Source: Octopus sinensis (taxonomy: Eukaryota). Taken from it: a stretch of DNA of 64,000 nt. How positions within the stretch are numbered: the first letter of the stretch is position 1; each line of letters begins with the position of its first letter. A program made the translations under genes and the position numbers. The notes beneath the pieces were generated by a model, which was given only the letters and a program-made list of their open reading frames with translations, ran no database searches and had not been told where the DNA came from. Location: the NCBI RefSeq assembly GCF_006345805.1, contig NC_043003.1:68572001-68636000 (forward strand), read 5' to 3'. Of this stretch, positions 14,630-26,865 are shown in pieces.

Positions 14630-14799
14630 TGTATATATATATATATATTATACCTTATATCTAAGTATCATATTCCTCGGCTTCGAGCTATACGTTAAAA
14701 CGCATACATACCATCTTCACATCATATATAGCAAAATAAAACATACGCTGGTGACGTCTAACAAGGTATATGATGTCACTGATGTACTTTAATGTTGTT

Positions 14800-16100
14800 T
14801 TAATAGAGAAAGTAAAACTATGCTGTCTCCAGAAATCATTATGTGTCCTGATTTCCTCTGCATTATCAGTGTAATCTCGTTTATTATGTTATCTATCCTA
14901 TATTTATACACCAACGCAAAACGTTCTGTCTGCTAATCAACAATAATTCGATACAAGACAAGGCAGATGTCTCATGAATGTTTTCCATTGAGTTTCATGC
15001 TTCGTTCAGTTGCCTAATTTACTGGAAAATGTACATCATTGCTAAAAATTCCCAAACTGGTTTCATAATCTAAAATCAATTGCTATTCTTTACAATTAGT
15101 ATTCTTACGTTTAAGCTTACTTTCTCCATCAACATGTTTACTGAAATGTTCCATAAGCAAATTTAATAGATAATTTACTCATCATAACAGCTTTGTTACT
15201 ATACAGAGTGTACAACAATAATTCACGTATACTTGCGACAAACCCGGTGCCGTATGTTATTCCAGACTGAGAAGTGTCCATTGCTGTTTGTAGATACGTT
15301 TCCTAGTAATATCTGCAATATAATGTAAATGAAATTTGTTTGATTATAAGGCATAGGGTCGCTGTTTCACGCGAAAAACCCTTGAGCATGTCTGTGGTCG
15401 AAATTTGGTCCAGTACAAATATCCGTTTCATTATTAATCGCCATGTAATCATCGATTTTATTTTATATAAGCTTACTTTACTTTATGTGGATAAACTGGA
15501 ATTTAACGGAGATTTTCTTGATGTTATGTGAAGTAGAGATGAGAAATAATCTCATTAGATGTTTCGATAAGCCGAAGAAAGTGTCCAAAGGTGAATGCAA
15601 ATGAATATTGAAATTCGAACAAGATAAATACGCGTGAAATGAATAGTTGCAAATTTTCATAAAGATTATGGAGATCCTTCTGAAAGGATTAGTAAGAGTT
15701 ATTTAGCGTGTGGAAGATATAGAGATGTTGAAACTCATATTCCTAGGAGCTAAAATATGTATATTAAGATACAAGTGGCAGAGAATATACATGAGTAATC
15801 GATGGACTAAATACACAAGAGATTTCATAATTGTAAGTTTGCTTTTGCGATACAACTAAAGTTCATTAACAATGCATATGTTTGGTGATATTCCCATTCA
15901 TGAATATCACAGGCTGTTGCAAAATATGCAGTTTCATACTGAAGCAGTGTTAGTAAATATGTATAGTATTTGAGGAAGTAGGAACTAACTTTAGGATGCT
16001 TCCATGTAACGTTGGACAATTCGATTCCATGATTCCACTGATAGAACGGGAAAAACAAAATTAGCCCTAGCTTGTCAATGCAAAGTCATGTTGTATATTT
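14800..16100 (-). pseudogene. Possible highly decayed LINE RT
   Basis: Only weak motif echoes on the minus strand (WKHPKV, PHKVK, SGITYGTG, KFAYG, LGIF), though in RT order. Confidence 0.3.
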
Positions 16101-16120
16101 TGAGATTGTTTCCTTTCAGG

Positions 16121-16645
16121 AAGGCACATGACTAACTGGTTAGCGCAGTAGCCTCACAGTCGTAGTCGTGAGTTCCATACGTGGCGGTACGTTGTGTCCT
16201 TCAGCAAGGCACTTTATTTCACGTTGTTCCAATCCACTCCAAAATGAGTAGTACTTCTATTTGGAAGGGCCAGCCTTGTCAGAGTCTGTATCACTCCGAA
16301 TCTCCCTGAGAACAATGTTAAGGGTAAGCGGCGAGCTGACAGAAACGTTAGCACGCCGGGCGAAATGCGTAGCCGTATTTCGTCTGCCGTTACGTTCTGA
16401 GTTCAAATTCCACCGAGGTCGACTTTGCCTTTCGTCCTTTCGGGGTCTATTAAATAAGTACCAGTTACGCACTGGGATCGATATAATTGTCTGTCCTTGT
16501 TTGTCCTCTCTGTGTGTAGTAAAGAAATAGGTAAGCGTGTTTGTGGTATACCCAGTCATTTGCAGGTTAATTTCAAGACCAAGCTGTTCCGTTTGATCGG
16601 ATTGAGTGGAACACTTGTAGTCATAACCGACGAAGAGTCCGTTTC
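16121..16645 (+). mobile_element. SINE family D interrupted by a nested SINE family C (16327-16531)
   Basis: Family D halves (compare 37668-37960) flank a complete family C copy GGCGAGCTGACAGAAACGTTAGCACGCCGGGCG...GAGTTCAAATTCC...GTAAAGAAATAG. GGTAAGCG occurs at both junctions. Confidence 0.85.
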
Positions 16646-17437
16646 CCGTTCGTATACCATTATCTCGATTTAAATACTCGCATCAAAAATATTTGGGAAA
16701 ACTAGAATGTGACAATTGCAATGTAAAAATATATTGTAGCATGTTTAGACTGGCATAATAACAAAAAAAAAGTGTTGTTTACTCTCTAAACTTCGTTTGA
16801 AAATTACTCACCCTTAAAAGTTAAAGAACTTATGATAGTCATCGGAACATAAACGCTTAGATATGGATATGTGGACATGTGTATGTGGTGTGTGCATGCA
16901 TGTCCTTTTATAATAAATATACTCAATGTTGTTGTGTTTGTTAAAACACAACAAGTATTAATAATTGGACACGAGTGAAATATAAGATTACAAGATATAA
17001 TTCTTACAATGTCATTTGAGAGTCAGGAAAAACAGTGTGAAAATTTGATCTCATTATCCCACAATTTAAATATATTTCGCAGCTTCGTTTAACCATTTTG
17101 TGACTCGCACCAGTTTCAAATTGCCGTTATATGGAACAAGAGTGAGAAGTAGTTTAAGCAATTTCTGCAAAAGGTATAAACTTTGAAATTTTGCAACAAC
17201 CTATAAATTCCCAACCTTGCTATAGTTTATGTTTTAAAATAAAATATCAATAATCTATCAAGAATATTCAGCGGAAAACCTAACATTTAAACATAAAGAG
17301 ATATATACGTAAGTTATCAAATGAGAGATGGACACCCATTGAATTTTAAGCGACTCAAACATGTTATAAATTGTGCTAGCTTTAGTGAACAGCTATACGT
17401 GTTCCCGTCTAGGAGAAAGTTATCTTTTGTCTTGTAC

Positions 17438-17499
<62 letters not shown>

Positions 17500-17821
17500 C
17501 ATTTAGGAATTTAATTAAATAAAAGTAAAAAGGTATTAATTCATGTTTCAAGTATTATTTTGTTTGAGTAAAATGTTTGTGGTTTCTTCTCACTAAAACC
17601 AAATGTTTCAGTAATGGTGCTACTTTGTGGAAAAAAGCTTACAATGCACACACAAACACACACACACACACGCATACGTATTGGTATGCATACCTCTATG
17701 TATGTGTGTGTGTGCACGTACGTGTGTGTGCTCGCGCATGTGTGTGTGTGCGTGGAGGGCATTCTTCCTCTCAAAGGAGTCCCAAGACACACATACATAT
17801 CAATTTCGGAATAGGCAGCCC

Positions 17822-18115
17822 TCGGTCGATTGCGACGAAACGGGTTCCAGTTGATCCGACCAACGGAACAGCTTGCTCCTGAAATTAACTTGCAAGTGGC
17901 TGAATACTCAACACACTTAACGCAGTTCTCAAGGTGATTCAGCGCGACACAGAATGCAATAAGGCTGGCGATTCGAATCATAGGTACTACTCATTGTTAG
18001 CAGCTGAGTGGACGGGGGAGTCACGTGAAAAAAAAAGTGTATTGCTTAAGGGCACAGTACACCACCGGGTATTGAACTCACGAACTGACGATCTTTAGCC
18101 GAAAACCCTCACCAC
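17822..18115 (-). mobile_element. SINE family D
   Basis: Reverse complement of 37668-37960 (GGTTCCAGTTGATCCG...GAAATTAAC.TGCAAGTGGCTGA...CAGCTGAGTGGAC...TTGAACTCACG). Confidence 0.8.
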
Positions 18116-19094
18116 AAAGTTTAGAATGACTTTTACAATATCTTCATTTTGGAATTTATCTGAATTTATCTGAATTTATCTGAAGAGTATCTATAAGCTG
18201 CTGCATAATATATGTGTACGTGTTGATGTGATTGTCACCTTTAGTTTTCTGCATATATGGCAATATAAAAGGCTGCTATACAAATATACTACCTGTACAC
18301 ATTGTTGTTTGTGGATACTTTATATTAAATTACATGTTGAAGTATATGGTATATAAAAGGAAGTTCTAAATGTGTTATGAATCTGCAAAGGACACATAGC
18401 TTACACAACACCTTTAGACGTTCCATGTATAAGTAATGTAAATTTTAATGAAAGGATAATCTTACCTTATAGCAATGAGTTGATATAGAAGATAGTATTA
18501 ATTTAATTCAACTTCTAACTAGTATTTACGTAAGATGTAACATGAAAGTAGCCATATAATGTAGTAAAGAGTGTGTTATATTATAAGGCACAAAATAAAG
18601 TGTATTTAGCTGGGATTAAAGAAAACACAAAACTTTAAAATCGTCAATGTCTTATCTACAAATAAGTTGGTGAATGATATTTAAAACTTATAAGATACTA
18701 AAGATAACAATTTACATAAAATAAAATGTTATAATCATTAAAAAAATATATGAGTAATGTAATTACTTAGTTACTTCAAATAAAGAAATTTTCACTGAAA
18801 TTCCTCAGAAATTTTTGCAACCAGACTTACAACCATCATTTTTCAGTAAGCATTGAACACGTTAAAAACAAAAGCAACGTATAGACAAATACGTTAAGAC
18901 ACATTCACTGATTGAACAAGATGAGCGTCAAATTGTATCTGCAAATCCAGTTAACATAATCTTCACAATGTTCTCTCACTCACTCACACTCACTCTCAAA
19001 CAAACACACTTTCTCCCTCTCTATGTCTTTCTATCTGTCTCTATCCATCTCTCTATCCATCTCTCTTGCTCCCTTTCCCTTTCTCATTTCTTAC

Positions 19095-19390
19095 CATCGT
19101 AGAGAACTTCCAAGTGGCCTTTTCCGCTCTCTTGGGCACCACTAAGTGAATACAGGTATGATACTTGTCTGTGAATCTTGAGACGTGTTCGGCCCAGCGG
19201 AACTTCAGCTTTCAGGATTCTGCGATCAGATCGTTCACTCTGTTCCGTTCTCGAATTATCTCATGTCGAATATGATTTGGTAATGTTATTCCTAGCATAG
19301 ATTACCCATAATCCTTTTCTTCGTAGACTATCAACTTTCTATTCTCTTCGTATATAGGGGACAATGTGGTTTGGATCAGTCACGCCACTA
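19095..19390 (-). mobile_element. RTE-clade LINE C-terminal fragment
   Basis: Minus-strand translation MLGITLPNHIRHEIIRERNRVNDLI...KFRWAEHVSR...PRERKRPLG...RW matches the RTE ORF C-terminal pattern. Confidence 0.75.
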
Positions 19391-19411
19391 CCTATATCTA
19401 TCTATCTATCT

Positions 19412-19478
<67 letters not shown>

Positions 19479-19539
19479 AGGAGGAATTAAGTTCATTGTT
19501 TACATTTGACGGATACTTTCCCTCATCTTGTTTGTTGTT

Positions 19540-19585
19540 GACACAACGTTTCAGCTGATATACCCTCCAGCCTTCAGCAGGTGTC
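19540..19585 (-). ncRNA. Minimal type-I hammerhead ribozyme motif (family 1)
   Basis: Minus strand reads GACAC-CTGCTGA-A-GGCTG-GAGGGTATAT-CAGCT-GAAAC-GTT-GTGTC. Stem I GACAC/GTGTC is perfect; there is one core substitution (A6>C). Confidence 0.75.
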
Positions 19586-19645
19586 TTGGGGAAATTTTGA
19601 ACCTGGTTTCTCATTCCTAACATATTTTTCGATGTTGTTGTTGTT

Positions 19646-19690
<45 letters not shown>

Positions 19691-19804
19691 CAGGTCACTG
19701 CTTAGAATCGAACTCGGAGTATGCCCGTGGGCATATGGCGTAGTGGTTAATAGCGCGGGCTTTTAACCCCAAGATTCCGAGTTCGATTCCAGGCAGTGAT
19801 CTGA

Positions 19805-19858
<54 letters not shown>

Positions 19859-19913
19859 GGAAAAACATCCAGGAATACCTCAGGAATGAGAATCTAGGTT
19901 CGAATTTCCGCAA

Positions 19914-19955
19914 GACACCTGATGAAGGAGGGTATATCAGTCGAAACCTTGTGTT
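19914..19955 (+). ncRNA. Minimal type-I hammerhead ribozyme motif (family 1)
   Basis: GACAC-CTGATGA-AGGAGGGTATATCAGTC-GAAAC-CTT-GTGTT. Core intact, with a 4-nt deletion in stem II. Confidence 0.7.
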
Positions 19956-20031
19956 AACTACAAACAAGATGAGTTCAAATATCTGTCAAATTTAAATAAT
20001 GTAAATACTGTATACATATATATATATATAT

Positions 20032-20088
<57 letters not shown>

Positions 20089-20414
20089 TATATATACATA
20101 TATATATACATATATATGTGTGTGTATGTATATACATATATATATATATAAACAAAGTCAAAATGCGATAAAATAAAATTAATTATTATCGCCGGTGTTC
20201 TAGCACAGGCCATATATTATTCATATATAAGTACATTAAAAGGCGAAGTATGTACTAGATACACAGAAGCTTGATAAATTTAGTGAAATGAAAATAAAAA
20301 CTTTTACTAACTCGGTTCATCTTATACTGCAGTTTCGTCTTTTTCAGCAATAAAAATAATTTATATATATATATATAGAGAGAGAGAGAGGGGGGAGAGA
20401 TTGGTCACGATAGA

Positions 20415-20595
20415 TCCCTAGCCACTAAAACTTGTCAGTTTTATTTCCCTGTTTATTTCTGCATTCCTTTCTTCTCTAATATCGTAGGCTGGAAACGTAG
20501 AAGACTTTCTCATTTTCCGAGCGTTAAACTAATGCATGTTTGATGCTTACACGCCCTTGTTCGTCTTTTGTTTTTCTTTTGTAAATTCTCACTAT
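20415..20595 (+). mobile_element. Short repeat (family 2), degenerate HHR-bearing copy
   Basis: Homologous to 47975-48152 (CTAGCCACTA...GGCT.GAAACGTA.AAGACTTT..CATTT.CCGAGCGTTAAACTAAT). Flanked by microsatellites. Confidence 0.7.
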
Positions 20596-20648
20596 ATGTA
20601 TGTATGTATATATATATATATATGTATGTATATATATATGTGTGTGTG

Positions 20649-20701
<53 letters not shown>

Positions 20702-20705
20702 GTAC

Positions 20706-20755
<50 letters not shown>

Positions 20756-20799
20756 GTATATATGTGTATATATATATGTATATATGTGTATATATATAA

Positions 20800-20871
<72 letters not shown>

Positions 20872-21022
20872 CTTCTTTGCAAATCTTGGTGTGATTTAAA
20901 TGTCACATTCGACATAGACATTATAGCTGAAAAGGAAATAGTACGTCACCAGAGCCTCATACGTCGAAATCAACGAGATACTCCATCATAGATATGGATC
21001 GAAACAGTTTCATACAATTCCT

Positions 21023-21063
21023 TAGCACTCTTGAGTTTCAAGCAGGATGCTTATCGTCAGCCA
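21023..21063 (-). ncRNA. Hammerhead ribozyme-like motif
   Basis: Minus strand reads TGG-CTGACGA-T-AAGCA-TCC-TGCTT-GAAAC-TC-AA-GA-GTG-CTA. Core and stems II/III are intact. The cleavage triplet is GUG (non-canonical). Confidence 0.7.
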
Positions 21064-21885
21064 TTTTGAATTTGAATGACAGAAGATGTTTGTTACTACC
21101 GTAAAATGGGATGCGATTGGTCGGGGAAGGTTATGTTGTGTCGTGGTTTTACGTTGGTATATGTGTAACAGTTAGTTGGAAATACCAGATGGTGAAAAGG
21201 AAATCAGTCAAGTTGTTGATGAAAAAGTAAGCAGGGGTAACATGTGCAGATTATATAGCTAATAACCCAGCAAAAAAATTTCTGGATAAATCCAGATCCC
21301 AGATTTCTGTTCTGCATAAGAAATGCTTTGCCTCATCAGTGAAATATACGTGGCACATAAATACAAATGTTGATATATATTGAATGTATTCATAAATATT
21401 CTTCTTGGTATTCTTTAGATTAACTCTAAACTTTATCTGTGTATATATAAATAACAACATTGTTTTATAGTAGGTAAATGTACTAGTACATGATAAGACT
21501 TCCCCTGTCCTATTAGCATTGGTATACTTAATAGCAGCCAACATCTTCTTTGAATTATCTTCTTACTGAACCAAATGGCTTTGCTTCAAATAAATCTTGA
21601 TTTATGACTATGCCACTTAAATTGTCTATCTACTTTGCTCTACATCCAAAATGATACTACCCTCTATCTTCTCTCAGATTTGATAAACTAGCCTATAAAT
21701 TAAAACTGAACCCCTCCCCCATAATTAAATCTAAATAAGAGAAATAATCAGTAATAATTGAAAAATTGTTACAACAGTGATAATGTTGGTAAAACATGTT
21801 CTTTGTCTATCTCCTTATCCTCCTGGAAATTTGGTATAAAATTTTACTAATGAGTCCTTCGAATTTAATTAAATTCTATATTTTT

Positions 21886-21974
21886 GTGCAGTTGAAGATC
21901 GCTCTACATTTTAAATTTATGTAACGTTTGCATTGTTCAATTAAATGGAGTCGCATGAAACGATCGTACTGCAT
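21886..21974 (+). ncRNA. Hammerhead ribozyme-like motif in a Penelope-type terminal repeat (family 3)
   Basis: GTGCAG-TTGAAGA-...-GAAAC-GATC-GTA-CTGCAT. Same family as 38927-39014 and 40465-40552. Confidence 0.7.
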
Positions 21975-22008
21975 TACCTCTGGATATCCTTGTTGCTTAT
22001 TTTGATTA

Positions 22009-22081
<73 letters not shown>

Positions 22082-22320
22082 ACTGATATTTTTCTTATCT
22101 TGTCTGTAATGGATTTGTGACTATTCGGTGGTACAGAGGTGTTTTTTTACTTCTATCATTAGCGATATAGGTACTCATGTAGTACCCGTGTGTATATATG
22201 TACATATCTAATATTGTAAGTATGTATTTTATTCATTTGCTTGTACGGCTGATAATTCGCTTACCACTTGTGATGGTATTTTAACAATACCATCCCTATA
22301 TTTATATATATATATATATA

Positions 22321-22535
22321 TAGTAATCCTTCGCTATATCGCGGTTGACCTATCGCGGTTTATTATTTAAACTTACGTCAATTCCTCCGTTGTTTTGCAT
22401 TTATAATAAAAAATATATATACAGATTATAAAAATTATACAGTACAGTTTCTACTTTGCTTCTACTTTGCGGATTTTCACCTATCTCATGGAGGAATGGT
22501 GGAACGTAACCCCTACGATAGTCGAGGGGTTACTG
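22321..22535. mobile_element. pogo/Tigger-like MITE
   Basis: TIRs (T/C)AGTAATCCTTCGCTATATCG / CGATAGTCGAGGGGTTACTG. Same family as 28741-28976 and 62510-62678. Confidence 0.75.
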
Positions 22536-22552
22536 TGTATATATTCAGTTCA

Positions 22553-22748
22553 AGTTTTTGGTACAGGACCAGCTATTGCGGGTAAGGAGTTAAATGGATT
22601 AGAACGAGTCCAGTTTTCAACTGATACTTATTTTATCGACCCCGAAAGAGTAAAAGTTAAAGACAACCTCGGCGGAATTTGAACTCACAACGTAAAGACG
22701 GACGAAATGCAGCCAAGCAGTTTCTCCAGCGTGCTAGCGATTTCACCA
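22553..22748 (-). mobile_element. SINE family C
   Basis: ACTGATACTTATTTTATCGACCCCGAAAG...CCTCGGCGGAATTTGAACTC...GCGTGCTAGCGATTTC is the reverse complement of 16327-16531. Confidence 0.8.
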
Positions 22749-22760
22749 GTGTATGTATGT

Positions 22761-22817
<57 letters not shown>

Positions 22818-22854
22818 TATATATATATACACATATATATACATATATATATAT

Positions 22855-22894
<40 letters not shown>

Positions 22895-23147
22895 ATATAT
22901 ATATATATAAACATATATATACATACACATATACATATATATATTCACACACATATATATATGTACATATATATATATATATGTGTGTGTGTATATATAT
23001 ATATGTATATATATATACGCATATACATACATATATATATATATACACATATATATACATATATATATATACATATATTTATATATATTTGTGTCTATCA
23101 ATCTCTCTCTCTCTCTCTCTCTCTCTGTATATATATATATATATATA

Positions 23148-23202
<55 letters not shown>

Positions 23203-23662
23203 ACACGCAAACACACGCACACATACGCATACACGTGCACATATATTTCATGTGTGTGTTTGTTCTGTGTTTGTATGTTTGTGCTTAAGCATGGGGTTGT
23301 GTGAGAGTTGACTTCGTGCTTCCGAATCTTTAGTATCTTGGGACGAAATAACTTTGTTTGCATTACATTAATGTCATATATAGAATTTAATTCCGTAAAC
23401 AGATTAGCTTTAGAAGAGAATTTCGCTTGTTTCTTTATTTGTTGAATATAAATATTAGAAAAAAAAGAACATGCAAATCCTAAAATCTAAATATGAACTC
23501 AATGAAAAAATAAGACGTGAGTTAAATTTTGAATTAGGCTACATAGATTCGTCTCCTTTTCTTCCTCTCATTCTTCTCGTGACTCTGTCTTCGTTTCTCT
23601 ATATATACATGAGTGTGTGTGTGTTTGTGACTGTGTGTTGAAGTATGCGAGTAAGCGTCTTA

Positions 23663-23695
<33 letters not shown>

Positions 23696-23907
23696 TAACA
23701 GGTTCAAAAACAAGCTATGCACGGCCACTTTGAATAAAGCACTGATAGAGATTTCGGTACATTTATGCACATATATTCATATATATGTATGTATTTGTAT
23801 ATATGTGTAAGTTGCGTGCGCGTATATATTAACACAATTGCAAAGATACATAACACATACATCCATAAATACACAGAGACAGACAGACACACACACACAC
23901 ACACAAA

Positions 23908-24852
23908 TACAGTACCTTGCAAAACTATTCGTCTATTTTAAACTATTGTAAACTTCTACTAATTGTCAAATTATAAATTGATGTTTCGCATTGCGCTTTT
24001 TACAGATGAAACACTGGTGCTGTTTGAGTCATTTTTCATACCTAACAGGAGAAACAGGAGTTCTGAATGAGAGGAGGAGAAGTTACTGCACATTGTTAAT
24101 ATTTCGTGTGGCTTCTCTTATCTTGAATAATTCCTTTAATGCACCTGGGAAGAAATGCGTTCAAATCCTTCACCATCTTCACAGGAATGAGATGCCATTT
24201 CTGTGGTTGGGCTTACCCAATTCTTCAAGATTGCGGCGATTATTCTGACGAACTCTTCTCTTTAGTTCTGTCCACATTTGCTCGATGATATTTAAATCAG
24301 GGCTCAGAGCTGGTGAATTTTTCAATACAGTAACACTTTCATGAGCCAGATTAAGTTATGCTGCATGCGATCTGTATCTTGGAGTTCAGTTATGCTGAGA
24401 AATCTCACCTTCATCCGAGTCTGGTATCAAATTGTCCTTCACAAATTGGTTGTATTTGGCACCATTCAAGTTAATGCCGATTTTAACCAACTTTCTTGAA
24501 GCTTCTCTTTTTATGCATCCCCAGAACATCAGGCTCTCAGCCCCAAACTTCACTATTGTCGTCGTGTAACATGCGTCGTTTCGCTTTCCAATGAGCGAGA
24601 ATATTAGAAAACCTCCAGATTGCATGCAACCCAGCAGAATGTGTTACCGCATTGAAAGATTAACCAGCTCAGAGTTCTGACCCAAATATCATCAAGCAAA
24701 TGTGGACAGAACTGAAGAGAAAAGCTCATCAGTAGAGTCCACGGAATCTCGAACAGTTATGGGAGCTAACTACAGATAATGACATGTCACACCTGTGAAG
24801 ATGGGAAAGGATTTGAACGCATCTCTTCCCAGGTGCATTGAAGGAATTATAC

Positions 24853-24856
<4 letters not shown>
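23908..24856 (-). mobile_element. Tc1-family transposon remnant with internal inverted duplication
   Basis: TA + CAGTACCTTGCAAAACTATT terminus at 23908. Minus-strand VKFGAESLMFWGC...ISQHN and SPALSPDLNIIEQMWTELKRR. 24653-24856 is an inverted copy of ~24121-24325. Confidence 0.85.
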
Positions 24857-24899
<43 letters not shown>

Positions 24900-24924
24900 G
24901 CACACACATATACACACACACACA

Positions 24925-25011
<87 letters not shown>

Positions 25012-25147
25012 ATGTATGTGCTTTGGGTGAGATCTTTTATTTATTTTGATAAAGCTTTCCCCTCCATACGAAAATGCGTCAGGTAGTTAAAACCACCTCC
25101 ACTTCTTGAAGAAGGCGATAGGAAAAATATGAAGGTCTTGAAAGAGA

Positions 25148-25310
25148 TGTTAGCACGCCGGGCAAAATGCTTAGCGGCATTTCGTCTGTCTATACGTCTT
25201 CAGTTCGAATTCTCCTGAAGCCGACTTTGTATTTCATCCTTTCGGGGTCGATAATATAAGTGCCAGTTGAGTATTGGGATTGGTGTAATCGAATTCCACC
25301 TCCTCTCAAA
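25148..25310 (+). mobile_element. SINE family C
   Basis: GTTAGCACGCCGGGCAAAATGCTTAGCGG...CAGTTCGAATTC...TTTCATCCTTTCGGGGTCGATAA. Confidence 0.8.
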
Positions 25311-26039
25311 AAGTATAACCCCGTCAAAATTCTAGTTAGTGTTTGTTCTCATGCATTTTCAGTTCTGGTTTAAAACATGTTTTATATATGAGCCTACATT
25401 CTATTATCAACATGCATTTCATTCATAAAATATCCTTTCTTTGTGATGTATTTTCATTATTTATCTTGGGATATATTTATTTTTGTACTCTCCCATCGTT
25501 TGATGTATCAGTTTGTTGATAACTCTATATATTCCTTTATTCAGTTCTTTGTTTCGGATAATGTAAAAGCTTCATATTCGTGCGATAATTCTCCATTAAG
25601 TTCGTGTATTTATTTCTCTCTTTATTTCAACAGAGAAGAGGTATCTAATGCTTTTCTTTCTTATTTTTGCTTTTGTTTTATTTTTAATATTCGTTCTATG
25701 CCAGCTTTCCCTACTTACGATGTATCGATTATGACAATATGTCGTACGCATAACTGGTGTATATCATAATATTTCCCGAGAATCATTATTATTTTCCATT
25801 GCTGTCCCATTCCTGCCCGTCACTATGGATCCTAAGTGACAATTCCAAGTCACTCTGCCACTTTTGCATAAATAATTTACAGTGTGGACAACAATTTACG
25901 ACTGTAGCACAGTTCATTAATAATTTATTCACTCAGCTAGCTGGTGTCCTCAGCCGATTTCACAGATACTTATAAAAAAAAAGACATTCTACAAAAAAGA
26001 TGTTAATGTTTCTTACTTCATTTTGTGTCTGTGTATTTA

Positions 26040-26865
26040 TTGCAGTTTGTTCAGATGCTTTTGTTCAGATCTCTGATCGTTCCCTGATCTGCTCGTTTCG
26101 GATCTAATCCCTCAAGGATATTCCCAGCATCATCCTTTCCGTGGATATGTGTGCTGTTATTAACCTCTGTTCCCACATCTTCTTTGTCGACCATGTTTCA
26201 TTTGCATAAAGTATTGTAGGGAGAACCGTGCTATTAAATAGTTTTGCGCTAATGGGTACATTTATGCCGTAACTTCAGACCCTTTCGGCACATTGTTTGT
26301 TGAGTTAAACGCTCTCCAGCCTAACCTTCACCTTCGCGAAATCTCATTATTCATATCGCGTCCCATGGCTATCGTTTGGCCGAGATACACATAACTTATA
26401 ACCACTTCGATTCCATCGCCTCTAGCCACGACTTGACCGAGTGGCACGTCTTCGGACTGCATGTACTTTGTTTTCTCATGACTGATCCTTTGTTTCCGCA
26501 CGACCCACGGTGTTCAGCTCGTCCGGTATGATCTGAAAATGCCCAGTATTCTATGCGATGACCGCAATGTCGTCTGTGAACCGGAAATAGGTGAGCAGCC
26601 GGGCGTTGATTGGCACGCCACCGTCCCAGTTGATGTCATTGGTAGCCATTTCACTTGAACAATCTCTGATAGGCTGAAAGTGTCGTACGACACCCAGGTA
26701 AGCAGTTGTCGAGTAGTATCTGCACAAGCGGAGATAGTCACTCGGAATGCCTCCACTCAGATGGATCGACGATATGAAGAGAATAACGAGGCCGCAGTGA
26801 GATTAAGGATGGAAAAGGTGAAATACTGTAACCAATGGATTCAAAGAGGCGTCCCACAGTTTGGC
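26040..26865 (-). mobile_element. RTE-clade LINE RT remnant
   Basis: Minus strand gives RLLTYFRFTDDIAV (the FADD-equivalent), IEVVISYVYLGQT and MMLGISLRD*IRNEQIRERS. Confidence 0.8.

Larger units (their letters stand above)
19477..20005. mobile_element. Head-to-head inverted pair of a tRNA-headed, HHR-tailed SINE-like element
   Basis: Right arm: A box TGGCGTAGTGG, B box GAGTTCGATTCC, (AAT)n, then an HHR at 19914-19955. The left arm is the reverse complement, with an HHR at 19540-19585. Both outer ends abut (TA)n. Confidence 0.85.

Noticed and set aside
19729-19800. Possible tRNA-Lys(TTT) gene
   Set aside because: The acceptor stem does not pair, the second copy (54139-54210) has a different loop, and it is embedded in a repeat. 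It is a SINE head.
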